Positions 29,283-39,291 of a stretch of DNA of 64,000 nucleotides are shown here, piece after piece (position 1 is the stretch's first letter; each line of letters starts with the position of its first letter). Below the pieces are notes generated by a model. The model was not told the DNA's origin. It saw only the letters and a list, made by a program, of their open reading frames with translations, and ran no database searches. Source of the stretch: Candidatus Woesearchaeota archaeon (GTDB taxonomy: Archaea; Nanobdellota; Nanobdellia; Woesearchaeales; GW2011-AR9); assembly GCA_018696595.1 (NCBI GenBank), contig JABHQW010000002.1:1-64000 (forward strand), read 5' to 3'. The translations under genes and the position numbers were made by a program.

Positions 29283-29972
29283 ATGAGTAACATACTGAAA
29301 AAAGAAAGAGAAGTAGTTATTCCTGGAGAATGTTTGGCCGAAGGCATGGACTATCTACCTGGAGATAACACTTACAGAGAAGGAGAAAAGATCTTCTCAA
29401 AAGTTTTAGGATTAGTTGGGGTTGCAGGAAGAGTAATGAAAATTACACCTTTATCTGGGCCATATTTACCTAGGACCGGAGACAAAATAATTGCTAAAGT
29501 TTTTGACATTACCATGTCAGGTTGGAGATTTCAAACAAACACAGCATATTCAGCAATGATGAATGTTAAAGACGCATCTTCAAGATTTATTAAAAGAGAC
29601 GAAGATTTAAGTCAGATTTTGTCAATTGGAGATTACGCAGTTGTAAAAATTACAAAAGTAACTTCACAGAACTTAATTGATCTGACTATGAAAGAACCAG
29701 GGATGCACAAAATTTCTGGTGGAAGATTAGTTAAAATTAATTCTCAAAAAGTTCCAAGAATTATTGGTAAACAAGGTAGCATGATTTCTTTAATCAAAGA
29801 AAAAACTGGTTGTAACATTACTGTTGGCCAGAATGGAATTGTTTGGATTAAGGGAGAAGCTGATAAAGAATTACTTGCTGAAAAAGCAGTTAAAATGATT
29901 CAAGAAAGATCTCATGAAGCAGGTTTGACTGACAAAATGGAGAAATTCTTAAGCGGAGGTGCTTCACAATGA
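29283..29972 (+). CDS. rrp4: Exosome RNA-binding cap protein Rrp4
   Basis: VVIPGE, S1 domain and KH motif PRIIGKQGSMI, plus GQNGIVWI. Confidence 0.95.
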   Translation: MSNILKKEREVVIPGECLAEGMDYLPGDNTYREGEKIFSKVLGLVGVAGRVMKITPLSGPYLPRTGDKIIAKVFDITMSGWRFQTNTAYSAMMNVKDASSRFIKRDEDLSQILSIGDYAVVKITKVTSQNLIDLTMKEPGMHKISGGRLVKINSQKVPRIIGKQGSMISLIKEKTGCNITVGQNGIVWIKGEADKELLAEKAVKMIQERSHEAGLTDKMEKFLSGGASQ

Positions 29973-30670
29973 CTTACACTGAAAGAGTAGACGGAAGAAA
30001 ATTTGATGAACTAAGACCAATGGAAGCAAAAGCTGGAGTTATTCCAAACGCGGATGGTTCTGCTTTAGTTAAGATTGGTAAAACTACTGCTTACGCGGCT
30101 GTTTATGGTCCTAGAGAATTATTTCCAAGATTTAAACAAAATCCAAAAACTGGAATTGTTAGATGCCATTATGGTATGATGCCTTTTTCTGGTAGTGGTG
30201 AGAGAATCCGACCAGGAAATAGTAGACGATCACAAGAAATTGCAATGGTTATGGAAAAATCATTAAAAGTAATGATTGACTTAAGTGCATTTCCAAACGC
30301 AGTTGTAGATATCTATGTTGACTTGCCTCAAACTGATGCAGGCACAAGATGTGCAGCAATCTCTGCGGCATCTATCGCTTTAGCGGACGCAGGTATTCCA
30401 ATGAAAGATATGATTTCATCTGTAGCTGTCGGAGAAGTTGACGGAACTGTTTTAGCAGATCTTTCTTATGACGAAGAAGCTTATGACGCAATTGTTTCAG
30501 ACATTCCTGTAGCAATGACTCATAACACTAAAGAAATTACTTTGTTACAAATGGACGGAGAAATTACTAAAGAAAATCTGATGAAGTCATTAGAAATGGC
30601 TAGTGTAGCAACAGATAAGGTTTACGAACTACAAATGAAAGCTTTGAAAGATAAGTTTTCTAGGGAGTGA
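29969..30670 (+). CDS. rrp41: Exosome exonuclease Rrp41
   Basis: RVDGRKFDELRP, ADGSA, VYGPRE and DAGTRCA. Confidence 0.95.
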   Translation: MTYTERVDGRKFDELRPMEAKAGVIPNADGSALVKIGKTTAYAAVYGPRELFPRFKQNPKTGIVRCHYGMMPFSGSGERIRPGNSRRSQEIAMVMEKSLKVMIDLSAFPNAVVDIYVDLPQTDAGTRCAAISAASIALADAGIPMKDMISSVAVGEVDGTVLADLSYDEEAYDAIVSDIPVAMTHNTKEITLLQMDGEITKENLMKSLEMASVATDKVYELQMKALKDKFSRE

Positions 30671-30675
30671 TTAAA

Positions 30676-31467
30676 ATGATAAGTAATAAAGAAACAATCG
30701 CACAACTGGCTAAAGAAGGTAAGAGAATTGATGGTCGTGGTTTAATGGACTATCGTCAACCAATTCAGTTAGAAACTAACATCTCTTGGACTGCAGAAGG
30801 TTCAGCTAAAGTTCAAATTGGAGAAACTGTAGTTATGGCTGGAGTTAAGTTAGCAATTGAGAAACCATACAACGATACTTCTGATCAAGGTGGTATTATG
30901 ATTAATGCTGAGTTGCTTCCTTTAAGCTCTCCAGAATATGAATCTGGTCCGCCTGGAATCAAAGCAATTGAATTAGCTAGAGTTACCGACAGAGGTATCA
31001 GAGAAGCTAAAGCAATTGACATGAAAAAACTTTGTATTACTCCTGGTGAGAAAGCTTGGTTTGTAATCATTGACATTGTAACTATTAACGATGCTGGAAA
31101 TCTTTTTGATGCAGCAAGTTTGGCAGCATTAACTGCTTTGAAAGCAGCAAAGTTTCCAGAAGTTGATCCTGAAACCGGAGCAATTAACTATAAGAAAAAA
31201 ACTGATCAGGGTTTACCTTTGTTAAAGGAACCTTTAGCAGTTACCATTTACAAAATTAATGGTCAGTTAATTGTTGATCCAACAACTCAGGAAGAACATT
31301 CTTACGATGCTCGTCTAACCGTAGCTTCTGATGAAAAAGGAACAATTTCTGCTTTACAGAAAGGCGGAGAATTACCTTTAACAATTGAAGAAGTTGGTAA
31401 AATGGTTGACATTGCATTAGAAAAAGCAAAGTTTTTAAGGGCTGAAGTTGATAAGGTTGTAAAATGA
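30676..31467 (+). CDS. rrp42: Exosome subunit Rrp42
   Basis: [30 protein letters not shown] and NDAGNLFDA. Alternative GTG start at 30667. Confidence 0.95.
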   Translation: MISNKETIAQLAKEGKRIDGRGLMDYRQPIQLETNISWTAEGSAKVQIGETVVMAGVKLAIEKPYNDTSDQGGIMINAELLPLSSPEYESGPPGIKAIELARVTDRGIREAKAIDMKKLCITPGEKAWFVIIDIVTINDAGNLFDAASLAALTALKAAKFPEVDPETGAINYKKKTDQGLPLLKEPLAVTIYKINGQLIVDPTTQEEHSYDARLTVASDEKGTISALQKGGELPLTIEEVGKMVDIALEKAKFLRAEVDKVVK

Positions 31468-31670
31468 AAGAAGAATACACCAAATACGAAAAAGCTAGAA
31501 TGATTGGTTCTCGTGCATTACAGTTAAGCATGGGTGCTCCTTTTTTGATTAAGATGGATCAAGAAGATTTGGAGAAGGTAAGATTTGACCCAATTGAAAT
31601 CGCTATCTTAGAGTTTGACGAAGGTGTATTACCTATTACTGTAAGAAGACCAATTGCTGGTGCTAAATAA
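31464..31670 (+). CDS. rpoK: RNA polymerase subunit K (Rpo6)
   Basis: [22 protein letters not shown] and PITVRRP. Confidence 0.96.
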   Translation: MKEEYTKYEKARMIGSRALQLSMGAPFLIKMDQEDLEKVRFDPIEIAILEFDEGVLPITVRRPIAGAK

Positions 31671-31671
31671 A

Positions 31672-31700
31672 CTTTTTATTTTTTTTAAATTTCTTTTTTT
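31672..31700 (+). terminator. Oligo-T terminator after rpoK
   Basis: Consecutive T-tracts directly after the stop codon. Confidence 0.5.
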
Positions 31701-31727
31701 GTGGTTCTTAGGTGTTTCTGATATAAG

Positions 31728-32102
31728 ATGGAATTAGAGACTGATTTAGAAATAGAATATGGGAGATTGTTTAAAGAACATCTAAAAGAAACTGGTCAAT
31801 TTAAAGTTAGGGTTTGCAGGGCTTTATCTGAAGTGCTTCCTTATTCAGCATCTACTATTAGTAGTTATCTTGATGCTTATGCGGACGGGGCAGTATTTTA
31901 TCCATATGCTGTTCGTGGACATTTGACGTTCGAAGAAAAGAGAGAAAGAAGGTCTCAAATATTTTATGCGTTGGGTGTTAAAGAAGATTCTGAATTAATT
32001 GCTGTGTTAAGAAAACTTGATCCAGAGGCCGAATATCCTCCTACAGAAAAACCTGAACAGATTTCTCCGAAAAAGATGGGGGACAAGGAGGGCCTTTATT
32101 AG
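31728..32102 (+). CDS. Hypothetical protein (124 aa)
   Basis: ORF with protein-like composition. No family recognised. Confidence 0.6.
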   Translation: MELETDLEIEYGRLFKEHLKETGQFKVRVCRALSEVLPYSASTISSYLDAYADGAVFYPYAVRGHLTFEEKRERRSQIFYALGVKEDSELIAVLRKLDPEAEYPPTEKPEQISPKKMGDKEGLY

Positions 32103-32145
32103 AAATCTTAAATGAAGGGACAACTTTTTATATCAGTGTGGGTAA

Positions 32146-32439
32146 ATGATGAAAATGAACAATACAATAACTAAAGAAAAATTAGAAAAGTATTTCTCTA
32201 TTACTAAAGAAGCGTTAGAGATGGCTAAAGATAAATTTGATTCTTCTCGGATGGTAGAGGCAGAAGATTTCTTTGACATGGCTTCTAGATATTATTCAGA
32301 TGCTGGGCATTTCTTTAAGAAAGAAGATTGGGTTTTAGCTTTTGCAGCTTTGAATTATGCTCATGGCTGGTTAGATGCTGGTGCTAGAATTGGCTTGTTT
32401 CAAGTTAAAGATAGTAGGTTGTTTACAGTTGATGATTAA
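32146..32439 (+). CDS. DUF357-domain protein
   Basis: YYSDAGHFF...VLAFAALNYAHGWLDAGARIGLF, an archaeal DUF357 pattern. Confidence 0.88.
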   Translation: MMKMNNTITKEKLEKYFSITKEALEMAKDKFDSSRMVEAEDFFDMASRYYSDAGHFFKKEDWVLAFAALNYAHGWLDAGARIGLFQVKDSRLFTVDD

Positions 32440-32479
32440 CATATGCTATATATGACTACTAGAAAGTAACAATTAAACC

Positions 32480-32496
32480 GAAAGCTTTATAAATAC
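32480..32496 (+). promoter_or_regulatory. BRE-TATA promoter of the TrmB-family gene
   Basis: GAAAGC-TTTATAAATAC. The same pattern recurs before other genes, for example at 54670 and 58105. Confidence 0.55.
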
Positions 32497-32602
32497 TTTA
32501 GCTTATTTATAGTAATATCAAGTTTAAAGGGGTTCTGGGTTTGTTTAAGAGGAAGATGAAAGAATTAATGTTATATTATAACACCTGGAGGAAAATATCA
32601 AA

Positions 32603-33385
32603 ATGATTGTTCAAAAAGATTTTTTAAATAAATTAAAAGACTTCGGCCTAAATTCATATGAAAGTAAATTATGGGTTGCATTATTATCTAGGGGCGTTTC
32701 TACTGCTGGAGAATTATCTGACATTTCTAATGTTCCAAGAAGTAGAGCTTATGACGTTTTAGAAAGCTTAGAGAAAAAAGGTTTCGTTATTGTTAAAGTT
32801 GGAAAACCTATTAAATATTTGGCTGTACCTCCTACTGAAGTTATTGAAAGAGTAAAAAAGAAAGTAGTTGAAGAAGCTGATCAAAGAAATAAAGTTTTAT
32901 CTGATTTAAAAAGTTCTGAAGTTTTAGGAGAACTAAATACTTTACATACTGAAGGTATTAAATTAGTTGACCCTACCGATAAAAGCGGAGCTTTTAGAGG
33001 CAGAGATAAAGTTCATGAACATTTAACAACTATGGTTAAGAATGCTCAAAAGACAATCACATTAATGACTTCTAAAGATGGTTTAGACAGAAAGTTTGAT
33101 TTATTAGTTAATCCTTTAAAGAAAGCGGCTAAGAAAGGCGTAAAGATTAACGTTGGAGTTTCTGCTAACGCAAGTAAAGAAGTTGTAGCTGAGTTATCTA
33201 AGATTGCTACTGTGAAAAGTGGTTTAAAGGGTAGTGCTCGATTCTGTATTGTTGATAGTAAAGATATGTTACTTTTCTTAACAGATGATAAAAAAGTACA
33301 TAAGAGTTACGACTCAGCTGTTTGGGTTGAAGCACCTCACTTTGTTGACTATTTTGGTTCTTTGTTTGAGAAAGAGATGAAGTAA
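32603..33385 (+). CDS. TrmB-family transcriptional regulator
   Basis: FGLNSYESK, SNVPRSRAYDVLESLEKKGFV and GKPIKY, with a C-terminal PLD-like effector domain. Confidence 0.92.
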   Translation: MIVQKDFLNKLKDFGLNSYESKLWVALLSRGVSTAGELSDISNVPRSRAYDVLESLEKKGFVIVKVGKPIKYLAVPPTEVIERVKKKVVEEADQRNKVLSDLKSSEVLGELNTLHTEGIKLVDPTDKSGAFRGRDKVHEHLTTMVKNAQKTITLMTSKDGLDRKFDLLVNPLKKAAKKGVKINVGVSANASKEVVAELSKIATVKSGLKGSARFCIVDSKDMLLFLTDDKKVHKSYDSAVWVEAPHFVDYFGSLFEKEMK

Positions 33386-33389
33386 TAAA

Positions 33390-33701
33390 ATGGAAATAAA
33401 AAAAACTGCAATTTGTGCTTTGGCAGCCGCTTTGAGTATTGGTGCAGCTGGCTGTAAAGGTCCTAAAACTGAAGCAGTTCACTTTCCTGAAAAAGGATGT
33501 TCATTTAATACTTATTATTTCACATTTCAAGATGATGAATTAGTGAGTGTAAATGCTCCTTGTGTTGAGAGTCTTAACACTCGAACATGTCTATACACTC
33601 CTGGAAATGAAGAGCAGTGTAAAGCTAGTGCTCCTTCTAAAGAAATAAGTTCTGAAGCAATAAACGGATATCTTAGAGTTTATGATGAAGGTCAGAAATA
33701 G
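33390..33701 (+). CDS. Putative small lipoprotein
   Basis: Signal peptide ending in the lipobox-like AAGC, with four further Cys. Confidence 0.55.
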   Translation: MEIKKTAICALAAALSIGAAGCKGPKTEAVHFPEKGCSFNTYYFTFQDDELVSVNAPCVESLNTRTCLYTPGNEEQCKASAPSKEISSEAINGYLRVYDEGQK

Positions 33702-33752
33702 TAAGTAAGGATTACAAAATAAAAACTAATAATAAATAAATCACTTTTTAAA

Positions 33753-34136
33753 ATGATTCTAGTCCCAGAACCAAAAGAATATCTTGCTCGTTTGAAAGGC
33801 ACAATTGATGCCTATATGGGTCAACTTGGGGGATATAATAATTATCTTGAATTGGTTTATTTTTTAGATCTTAACTATGGGGAAGAAAAAGTTTTAAATG
33901 ACCATTTTCTTTTACCTAATGAAGTTAATCTTGCTGTTTTTAATGATGCTGAACTTACACTTCTAGAAAGTATACTTGGAAAATATGGTGCGATGGAACT
34001 TAAAGCAGAAGCTGTAAATCTTTTTAATCCTAACAACATAGAACAACAGGAAAAGAGAAATTTAGATCGTTCTACCTATAGTGGTCGAAAACCTGCTGAA
34101 GTAATTTATCTGGATAATCATTTAAACCAAAACTAA
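33753..34136 (+). CDS. Hypothetical protein (127 aa)
   Basis: ORF only. Confidence 0.55.
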   Translation: MILVPEPKEYLARLKGTIDAYMGQLGGYNNYLELVYFLDLNYGEEKVLNDHFLLPNEVNLAVFNDAELTLLESILGKYGAMELKAEAVNLFNPNNIEQQEKRNLDRSTYSGRKPAEVIYLDNHLNQN

Positions 34137-34164
34137 TTTAAACCATAACAATTTCTTTTACTTT

Positions 34165-34512
34165 ATGACAACATACAAACAAGTGATCTTAGTAAGACAA
34201 GATCTTAAGCTTCCTAAAGGAAAGTTAGCGGCTCAAGCTGCTCACGCTTCTGTTGATGCAGTTCTAAAATCAGATTCAGAGTTAGTTAAAGCTTGGCGTG
34301 CAGAAGGGATGGCCAAGATTGTTCTTAAAGTTAAAGATGAGAAAGAATTAATTAAATATTTTCAGTTAGCTAAAGATGAAGGTTTAACTGCTTCTCTAAT
34401 CACAGATGCTGGCAGAACCGTTATTGCACCTGGCACAAAAACTTGTGTTGGAATCGGACCAGATGAAGAAGAAAAGATTGATGCAGTTACTGGGGAATTA
34501 AGTTTATTGTGA
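34165..34512 (+). CDS. pth2: Peptidyl-tRNA hydrolase Pth2
   Basis: KQVILVRQDLKLPKGKLAAQAAHA and ITDAGRTVIAPGTKTCVGIGP. Confidence 0.97.
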   Translation: MTTYKQVILVRQDLKLPKGKLAAQAAHASVDAVLKSDSELVKAWRAEGMAKIVLKVKDEKELIKYFQLAKDEGLTASLITDAGRTVIAPGTKTCVGIGPDEEEKIDAVTGELSLL

Positions 34513-35562
34513 TTCGTTTTGTGGTCGTGCTTCTCTAGAAAATCCCCCTAAGATATTTCTATGTATTCTTGTTGGAACATATAATCCTGATTCTTCATCT
34601 TTTCTGACCCAGTCTTCAAAGGAATGAGATAAAAAAGAAGTAATCTTCTCTGTTAGTAATGAAATATCTAGAATTTCTTTTGGGTCTTTACCTTGACAGA
34701 TGGCATCGTAAACAGCTAAAGTTTCTCTTTGGTATGGTAATCTGGCACAATCTAAGCAAACAGGAACATATTTTACTCTCCCGTCTTTTTCAGCTTCAAT
34801 TCTTAATGTTTCGTCAAAGAAAGGGGCCGCTACGTACTCTCTCCTTACTTCATGTTCTCCTTTATCTGAGAAGTTAAAATATTCCATCTCATTTATTAAT
34901 TGGTTCATGCCCACTTCTTTAACAAAATCTAATGACCAAACTCTTTGAGTATGTTTTGCAGTCTTTATACATTTACGGCCATCTGCTTTAATTGCCATAC
35001 ATGCTGGCTTTTTCTCTTGTTTTCTATCAACATGAGGGTAAATTGAATCCATATGGCCAAACCACATATGTCTAAAATCATGTAACAACCCTGCAACATA
35101 AAGAACCATTTCTTCTTTACGACACCATTGCATAAAACCCAATAAATCGGTCGCTTCTTGTTCACTTAAACAGAATAAATTAACTTCATCTAGACCAATT
35201 ACTTTTAATGGTTTTTTGTAATGAGTTAATCCTTTAATATTTACTTGTCCTTGTTCACCCTGTAGACCAATTCTTTGTGATCCTAAACATTCTATGCGGT
35301 GTTCTAGGTCTTCTCTTAATGCAGAAATACTATCTACTGTTACTGCTGGATATTTGAATTTGCCATCAACAACAATAGCATTTTCTTCTCTTGTGTTTCT
35401 GCTGTGATTATAGGCGATAGAACCCAGATCAAAATATCTTGCTCTTTTTAATTCCTGAATCATTGCTTCTGTTTTTCCACCATTCATTGGGGAAAAGAAG
35501 CCAATACTTTCGCCAAAAAAAGAAGTTGTAGGGTTTTCTCTAATGTCCATAACCTTAACCAA
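34504..35562 (-). CDS. tdk: Divergent, extended type II thymidine kinase
   Basis: P-loop SPMNGGKT, GLDEV, VAGLLHDF and Zn ligands C-x9-C ... CLDC. At 352 aa it is much longer than the usual ~190. Confidence 0.75.
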   Translation of the reverse strand: MVKVMDIRENPTTSFFGESIGFFSPMNGGKTEAMIQELKRARYFDLGSIAYNHSRNTREENAIVVDGKFKYPAVTVDSISALREDLEHRIECLGSQRIGLQGEQGQVNIKGLTHYKKPLKVIGLDEVNLFCLSEQEATDLLGFMQWCRKEEMVLYVAGLLHDFRHMWFGHMDSIYPHVDRKQEKKPACMAIKADGRKCIKTAKHTQRVWSLDFVKEVGMNQLINEMEYFNFSDKGEHEVRREYVAAPFFDETLRIEAEKDGRVKYVPVCLDCARLPYQRETLAVYDAICQGKDPKEILDISLLTEKITSFLSHSFEDWVRKDEESGLYVPTRIHRNILGGFSREARPQNESQ

Positions 35563-35677
35563 ATTCTTTTCATTAATAAGTCTTATTTCTCTCTGAAAGA
35601 TATGTTGGAGTTATTAACCACTATTTAATAGTAAACAAACCAAAACATTTAAAAACTCCCTTTATATTTTTGTTTAT

Positions 35678-36658
35678 ATGAAACCAGATTTTAGGTATGA
35701 AAAAAGTAGGACTGAAAAAGGGCTAATTTGTGAGTCTTATCAATTAATTGATTTAGATGGGAACACCTTTGATCAAGAAAATAACCCAATAGTAATTATG
35801 CCTACGGGATTAGCTGTTAAACCTGGGGATATCGATAATGGCGATTATGTGGCAAAATCTATTTTACCAAATAAAGTTACAAATCCTTTCTTCAAAGGCA
35901 ATTATTTAGGGGACTTTCCTAGTCATCTAGCTGCTCGTCATGGTTTAGATGTTCGAGTACTTTATCAACCGGCAGTTTCTGGAAATGGACACAAAAGGGG
36001 AATGTATTCAGAAGAAACTAAACAATTAATGTTTGAAGAATTTTTGACTCTTGCTGAAGGTAGACCAATTTATCTTGTAAGTCATAGTTTATCTACAGAT
36101 TTACATACAGATATTTTAATGGGCGTTGATTATACAAAAAAGGATCGAGGGCAATTCTTGCCTGGGGCTTTATCTGGAATCATGACAACAGGAAAAGATT
36201 CTTTAACTGACAGGAAAGGTAAGTCTAGAAAGATAGTTGGAATACCTTGGTATTGGGTTTTCAAAACAGCAGAAGTTACATTACCTAGTTTTCCATGTGC
36301 ATTACCTATTTATCCTTTAACCGCTCAAGAATTACATGATGGGTTAGACCTCAAAAAAAAGAATGTTAATTGGGCAGCAGATAGATGGATTAATCCAGCA
36401 ACTGCTAGGGATGTAATGAAGATTGATAATATCAAGAAAACTGAAAGTTATTGTGGACAAGCGCCATTATCAATTATTACAACTGAAGACGCTATCTTTG
36501 ACCCTAAATTACAAGAAGAAGTAGCGAGGAACCTTGGTGCAATATCAAGTAATATTTCTGTGGGGCATCGATGGTTTACTGGTAAAGGTAGAAAAGGTGT
36601 TGCTAGCGATATCGCAGAACATTTGAAATGGTCTAAACCACTAGAATCTCGATTATAA
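35678..36658 (+). CDS. Alpha/beta-hydrolase-fold protein
   Basis: Nucleophile elbow IYLVSHSLS, acid in TEDAIF and His in VGHRWF, in triad order. Confidence 0.55.
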   Translation: MKPDFRYEKSRTEKGLICESYQLIDLDGNTFDQENNPIVIMPTGLAVKPGDIDNGDYVAKSILPNKVTNPFFKGNYLGDFPSHLAARHGLDVRVLYQPAVSGNGHKRGMYSEETKQLMFEEFLTLAEGRPIYLVSHSLSTDLHTDILMGVDYTKKDRGQFLPGALSGIMTTGKDSLTDRKGKSRKIVGIPWYWVFKTAEVTLPSFPCALPIYPLTAQELHDGLDLKKKNVNWAADRWINPATARDVMKIDNIKKTESYCGQAPLSIITTEDAIFDPKLQEEVARNLGAISSNISVGHRWFTGKGRKGVASDIAEHLKWSKPLESRL

Positions 36659-36674
36659 TTCTAACTTTTCTTAT

Positions 36675-36760
36675 AATTACAAAAGCACTACGCACGGCGC
36701 CCGAGATTTTGTCGTTACACTCCAAAATGCGCCTCCATTGGCGGTAGTGTCTTTGTAATT
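36675..36760 (+). repeat. Intergenic palindromic element, family A
   Basis: Outer stem AATTACAAA-AG-CACTAC / GTAGTG-TC-TTTGTAATT. Core GCAC-GGCGC-CCGAG-ATTTTG-TCGTTACACTC-CAAAAT-GCGCC-TCCATTGGCG. Confidence 0.75.
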
Positions 36761-36821
36761 GATTGATTATAATTCTTCTAACACAATAATCTATATAAAG
36801 CATTTTCTTAACTATAATATT

Positions 36822-39230
36822 ATGCTTTTACAGAAATTGAGGTTGAAGAATGTTCGTTCTTACATGGATGAAACAATTAATTTTCAAGATGGTTCTACTT
36901 TACTTTCAGGTGATATTGGTTCTGGTAAATCTACAATTCTGTTAGCAATAGAATTTGCTCTATTTGGAACAAGTAGGCCAGATCTTCCAGGAGAGGCTTT
37001 ACTGAGAAAAGGTACTATTCTTGCTAGTGTTGAATTAACATTTACACTTAACGGGCAACAAATTATTATTAAAAGGAATTTGAAGAAAGAGAGAGATAAT
37101 ATCAAACAACTAGCTGGTCATTTGATTATAAACAATAGTAAAAGAGATTTAACTCCAGTTGAGTTGAAAGCAGAAATTATTTCTTTGCTAGGGTATCCTG
37201 AGGAGTTTGTTACAAAAAATAAGAATTATATTTTTCGTTATAGTATTTATACTCCACAAGAAGAAATGAAATTTATTTTACAAGATAATCCTGAAATAAG
37301 ATTAGATGTTCTAAGGAAGATCTTTAACATTGATAAATATAAGAATATTCGAGAGAATTTACAGTTATACTTGAAACAAACGAGAACAAATATCGCTGTA
37401 CTGAAGACGAAACTAGAAGATTTTGAAGCCGAGAAAGAAAAGTTAAACAATCTAACAAAAGATAAAGAGACACATAGCTTTGCTTTAGAACAGTTACGTC
37501 CAGAATTAATGAAACTAAGTAAAGATCTTAATTCTCAGAAAGATGAATTACAATTATTAGAAAAGCAGCAGCGACAGTTTATTGAGTTAAAGCAACAATA
37601 TCAAACAAATTTAACTTTAATTGTTGAGAAGGACAAACAGGTTCAACAGTTAAAGAATAAACAGGAACAACTTAATTTAGAAATCTCGGAATTAGCAATA
37701 CCCGAGGAAACTAATCTTGAGATTGTTCAATCTGAAATTAAAAGTTTAGAAGAACAAAAAAGAAACATTTTTACTAAAAAAAGTTCTTTACAAGAGAAAT
37801 TAACTTATCTGCAGGAGAATATCAATAAAAATCAGCAAGAGACTAGCCAGATTAAAGAAGGCCTTTCTCAATTAGAAGAAAAAGAAAAACTGAAACAACA
37901 ATTATTCTCTGAGATTGAACAAAAGGATTCTTTAAGGCAGAAGCAATTACAATTACAAGAATTATTTGAGAAGACTTCTCAATTAGTAACAAAGAATCAA
38001 ACTTTACTTAATCAGTCAAAAGAAATGAAAGAGAAGATTTCTTCTTTAGATAATTGTCCAACTTGTTTACAAACAGTTGCGGAGGGACATAAACAATCTA
38101 TTTTAAGTCAGGAAGAACAAAAAGTGAAACAGGCAGAAAATTTATTGTTTGAATTAAATAAAAAAAAGATACAAATCTATGAACAAAAAGAAACTAACCA
38201 AAATAAAATTGAAGAATTAATTCTTAAAGAAAATCAATTAACTCGAATCAGACTTGAATTATTACAACTAAATGAAAAAAAGGAAAGTTTATCTGGAAAA
38301 CAAGAGCAACTAAAATCTTGGGTGCAAGAGAACAATCAAATTATGCAACAATTACAACAGCTAGATCAAGAGAATGTTCTTTATGAAACTGAACAAAAGT
38401 TATTGGGTCACCGGAAAGTATTGGATTTGTTTAATCAAAAGAATCTTTTGGGTAAGAATTTTCTGGAAGTTAATGAACAATTGAAATTTGCTCAAGAGAA
38501 GGTTAATTTCTTACATCAAAACAATCATGAGGCAGAAACAGTGCTTAGTAATCGGAAAGATTTGACTGCAGTAATTGAAGAAAAGAAAGCCCTGTTTGAT
38601 GGTTTTTTAGAAGAAGAGAAGAAGTTGTCAGTTAAACAAGCAGAATTACAAACTAATTTGAATAATACTTTGCGTTTGGAGAAAGAACTGCAAATAAAAG
38701 TTGACGATTTGAAAGATAAGAAGAATCAATTAACTCGTTTGAAAGAACTTTATCATTGGTTAGAACAGCATTTCTCTAAGTTGACTTACACGATTGAAAA
38801 ACAGGTAATGTTAAACATTCATCATTTGTTTGATCAATTATTTCAAGAATGGTTCTCGATGCTGATTGATGATGAAAATATTTATTCTCGGTTAGATGAT
38901 TCTTTTACACCAGTGATTGAACAGAACGGTTATGAGATCTCTTTTGGCAATTTATCTGGTGGTGAAAAGACTTCTGCGGCACTTGCTTATCGTTTGGCTT
39001 TGAATAAGGTGATTAACGATGTAATTCAAGAGATTAAAACTAAAGATATTATTATTTTAGATGAACCCACAGATGGCTTTTCTTCTGAACAGTTAGATAA
39101 AGTTCGAGATGTTTTAGAAAGATTGAATCTTAAGCAGACAATAATTGTTTCTCACGAAACTAAGATTGAAAGTTTTGTTGAGAATGTTGTTAGAGTTTCT
39201 AAAAGTGGGCATGAAAGTAAAGTTGTTTGA
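36822..39230 (+). CDS. rad50: Rad50-type SMC-family ATPase
   Basis: Walker A GDIGSGKS, long coiled coils, zinc hook CPTC, signature LSGGE and Walker B/D-loop ILDEPTDGF. Start moved from 36759. Confidence 0.85.
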   Translation: MLLQKLRLKNVRSYMDETINFQDGSTLLSGDIGSGKSTILLAIEFALFGTSRPDLPGEALLRKGTILASVELTFTLNGQQIIIKRNLKKERDNIKQLAGHLIINNSKRDLTPVELKAEIISLLGYPEEFVTKNKNYIFRYSIYTPQEEMKFILQDNPEIRLDVLRKIFNIDKYKNIRENLQLYLKQTRTNIAVLKTKLEDFEAEKEKLNNLTKDKETHSFALEQLRPELMKLSKDLNSQKDELQLLEKQQRQFIELKQQYQTNLTLIVEKDKQVQQLKNKQEQLNLEISELAIPEETNLEIVQSEIKSLEEQKRNIFTKKSSLQEKLTYLQENINKNQQETSQIKEGLSQLEEKEKLKQQLFSEIEQKDSLRQKQLQLQELFEKTSQLVTKNQTLLNQSKEMKEKISSLDNCPTCLQTVAEGHKQSILSQEEQKVKQAENLLFELNKKKIQIYEQKETNQNKIEELILKENQLTRIRLELLQLNEKKESLSGKQEQLKSWVQENNQIMQQLQQLDQENVLYETEQKLLGHRKVLDLFNQKNLLGKNFLEVNEQLKFAQEKVNFLHQNNHEAETVLSNRKDLTAVIEEKKALFDGFLEEEKKLSVKQAELQTNLNNTLRLEKELQIKVDDLKDKKNQLTRLKELYHWLEQHFSKLTYTIEKQVMLNIHHLFDQLFQEWFSMLIDDENIYSRLDDSFTPVIEQNGYEISFGNLSGGEKTSAALAYRLALNKVINDVIQEIKTKDIIILDEPTDGFSSEQLDKVRDVLERLNLKQTIIVSHETKIESFVENVVRVSKSGHESKVV

Positions 39231-39291
39231 GAAAAAGAATTAAATGTTGCAACAAGAGCTTATTATGAAGATATGACAATAGAATTATGAT

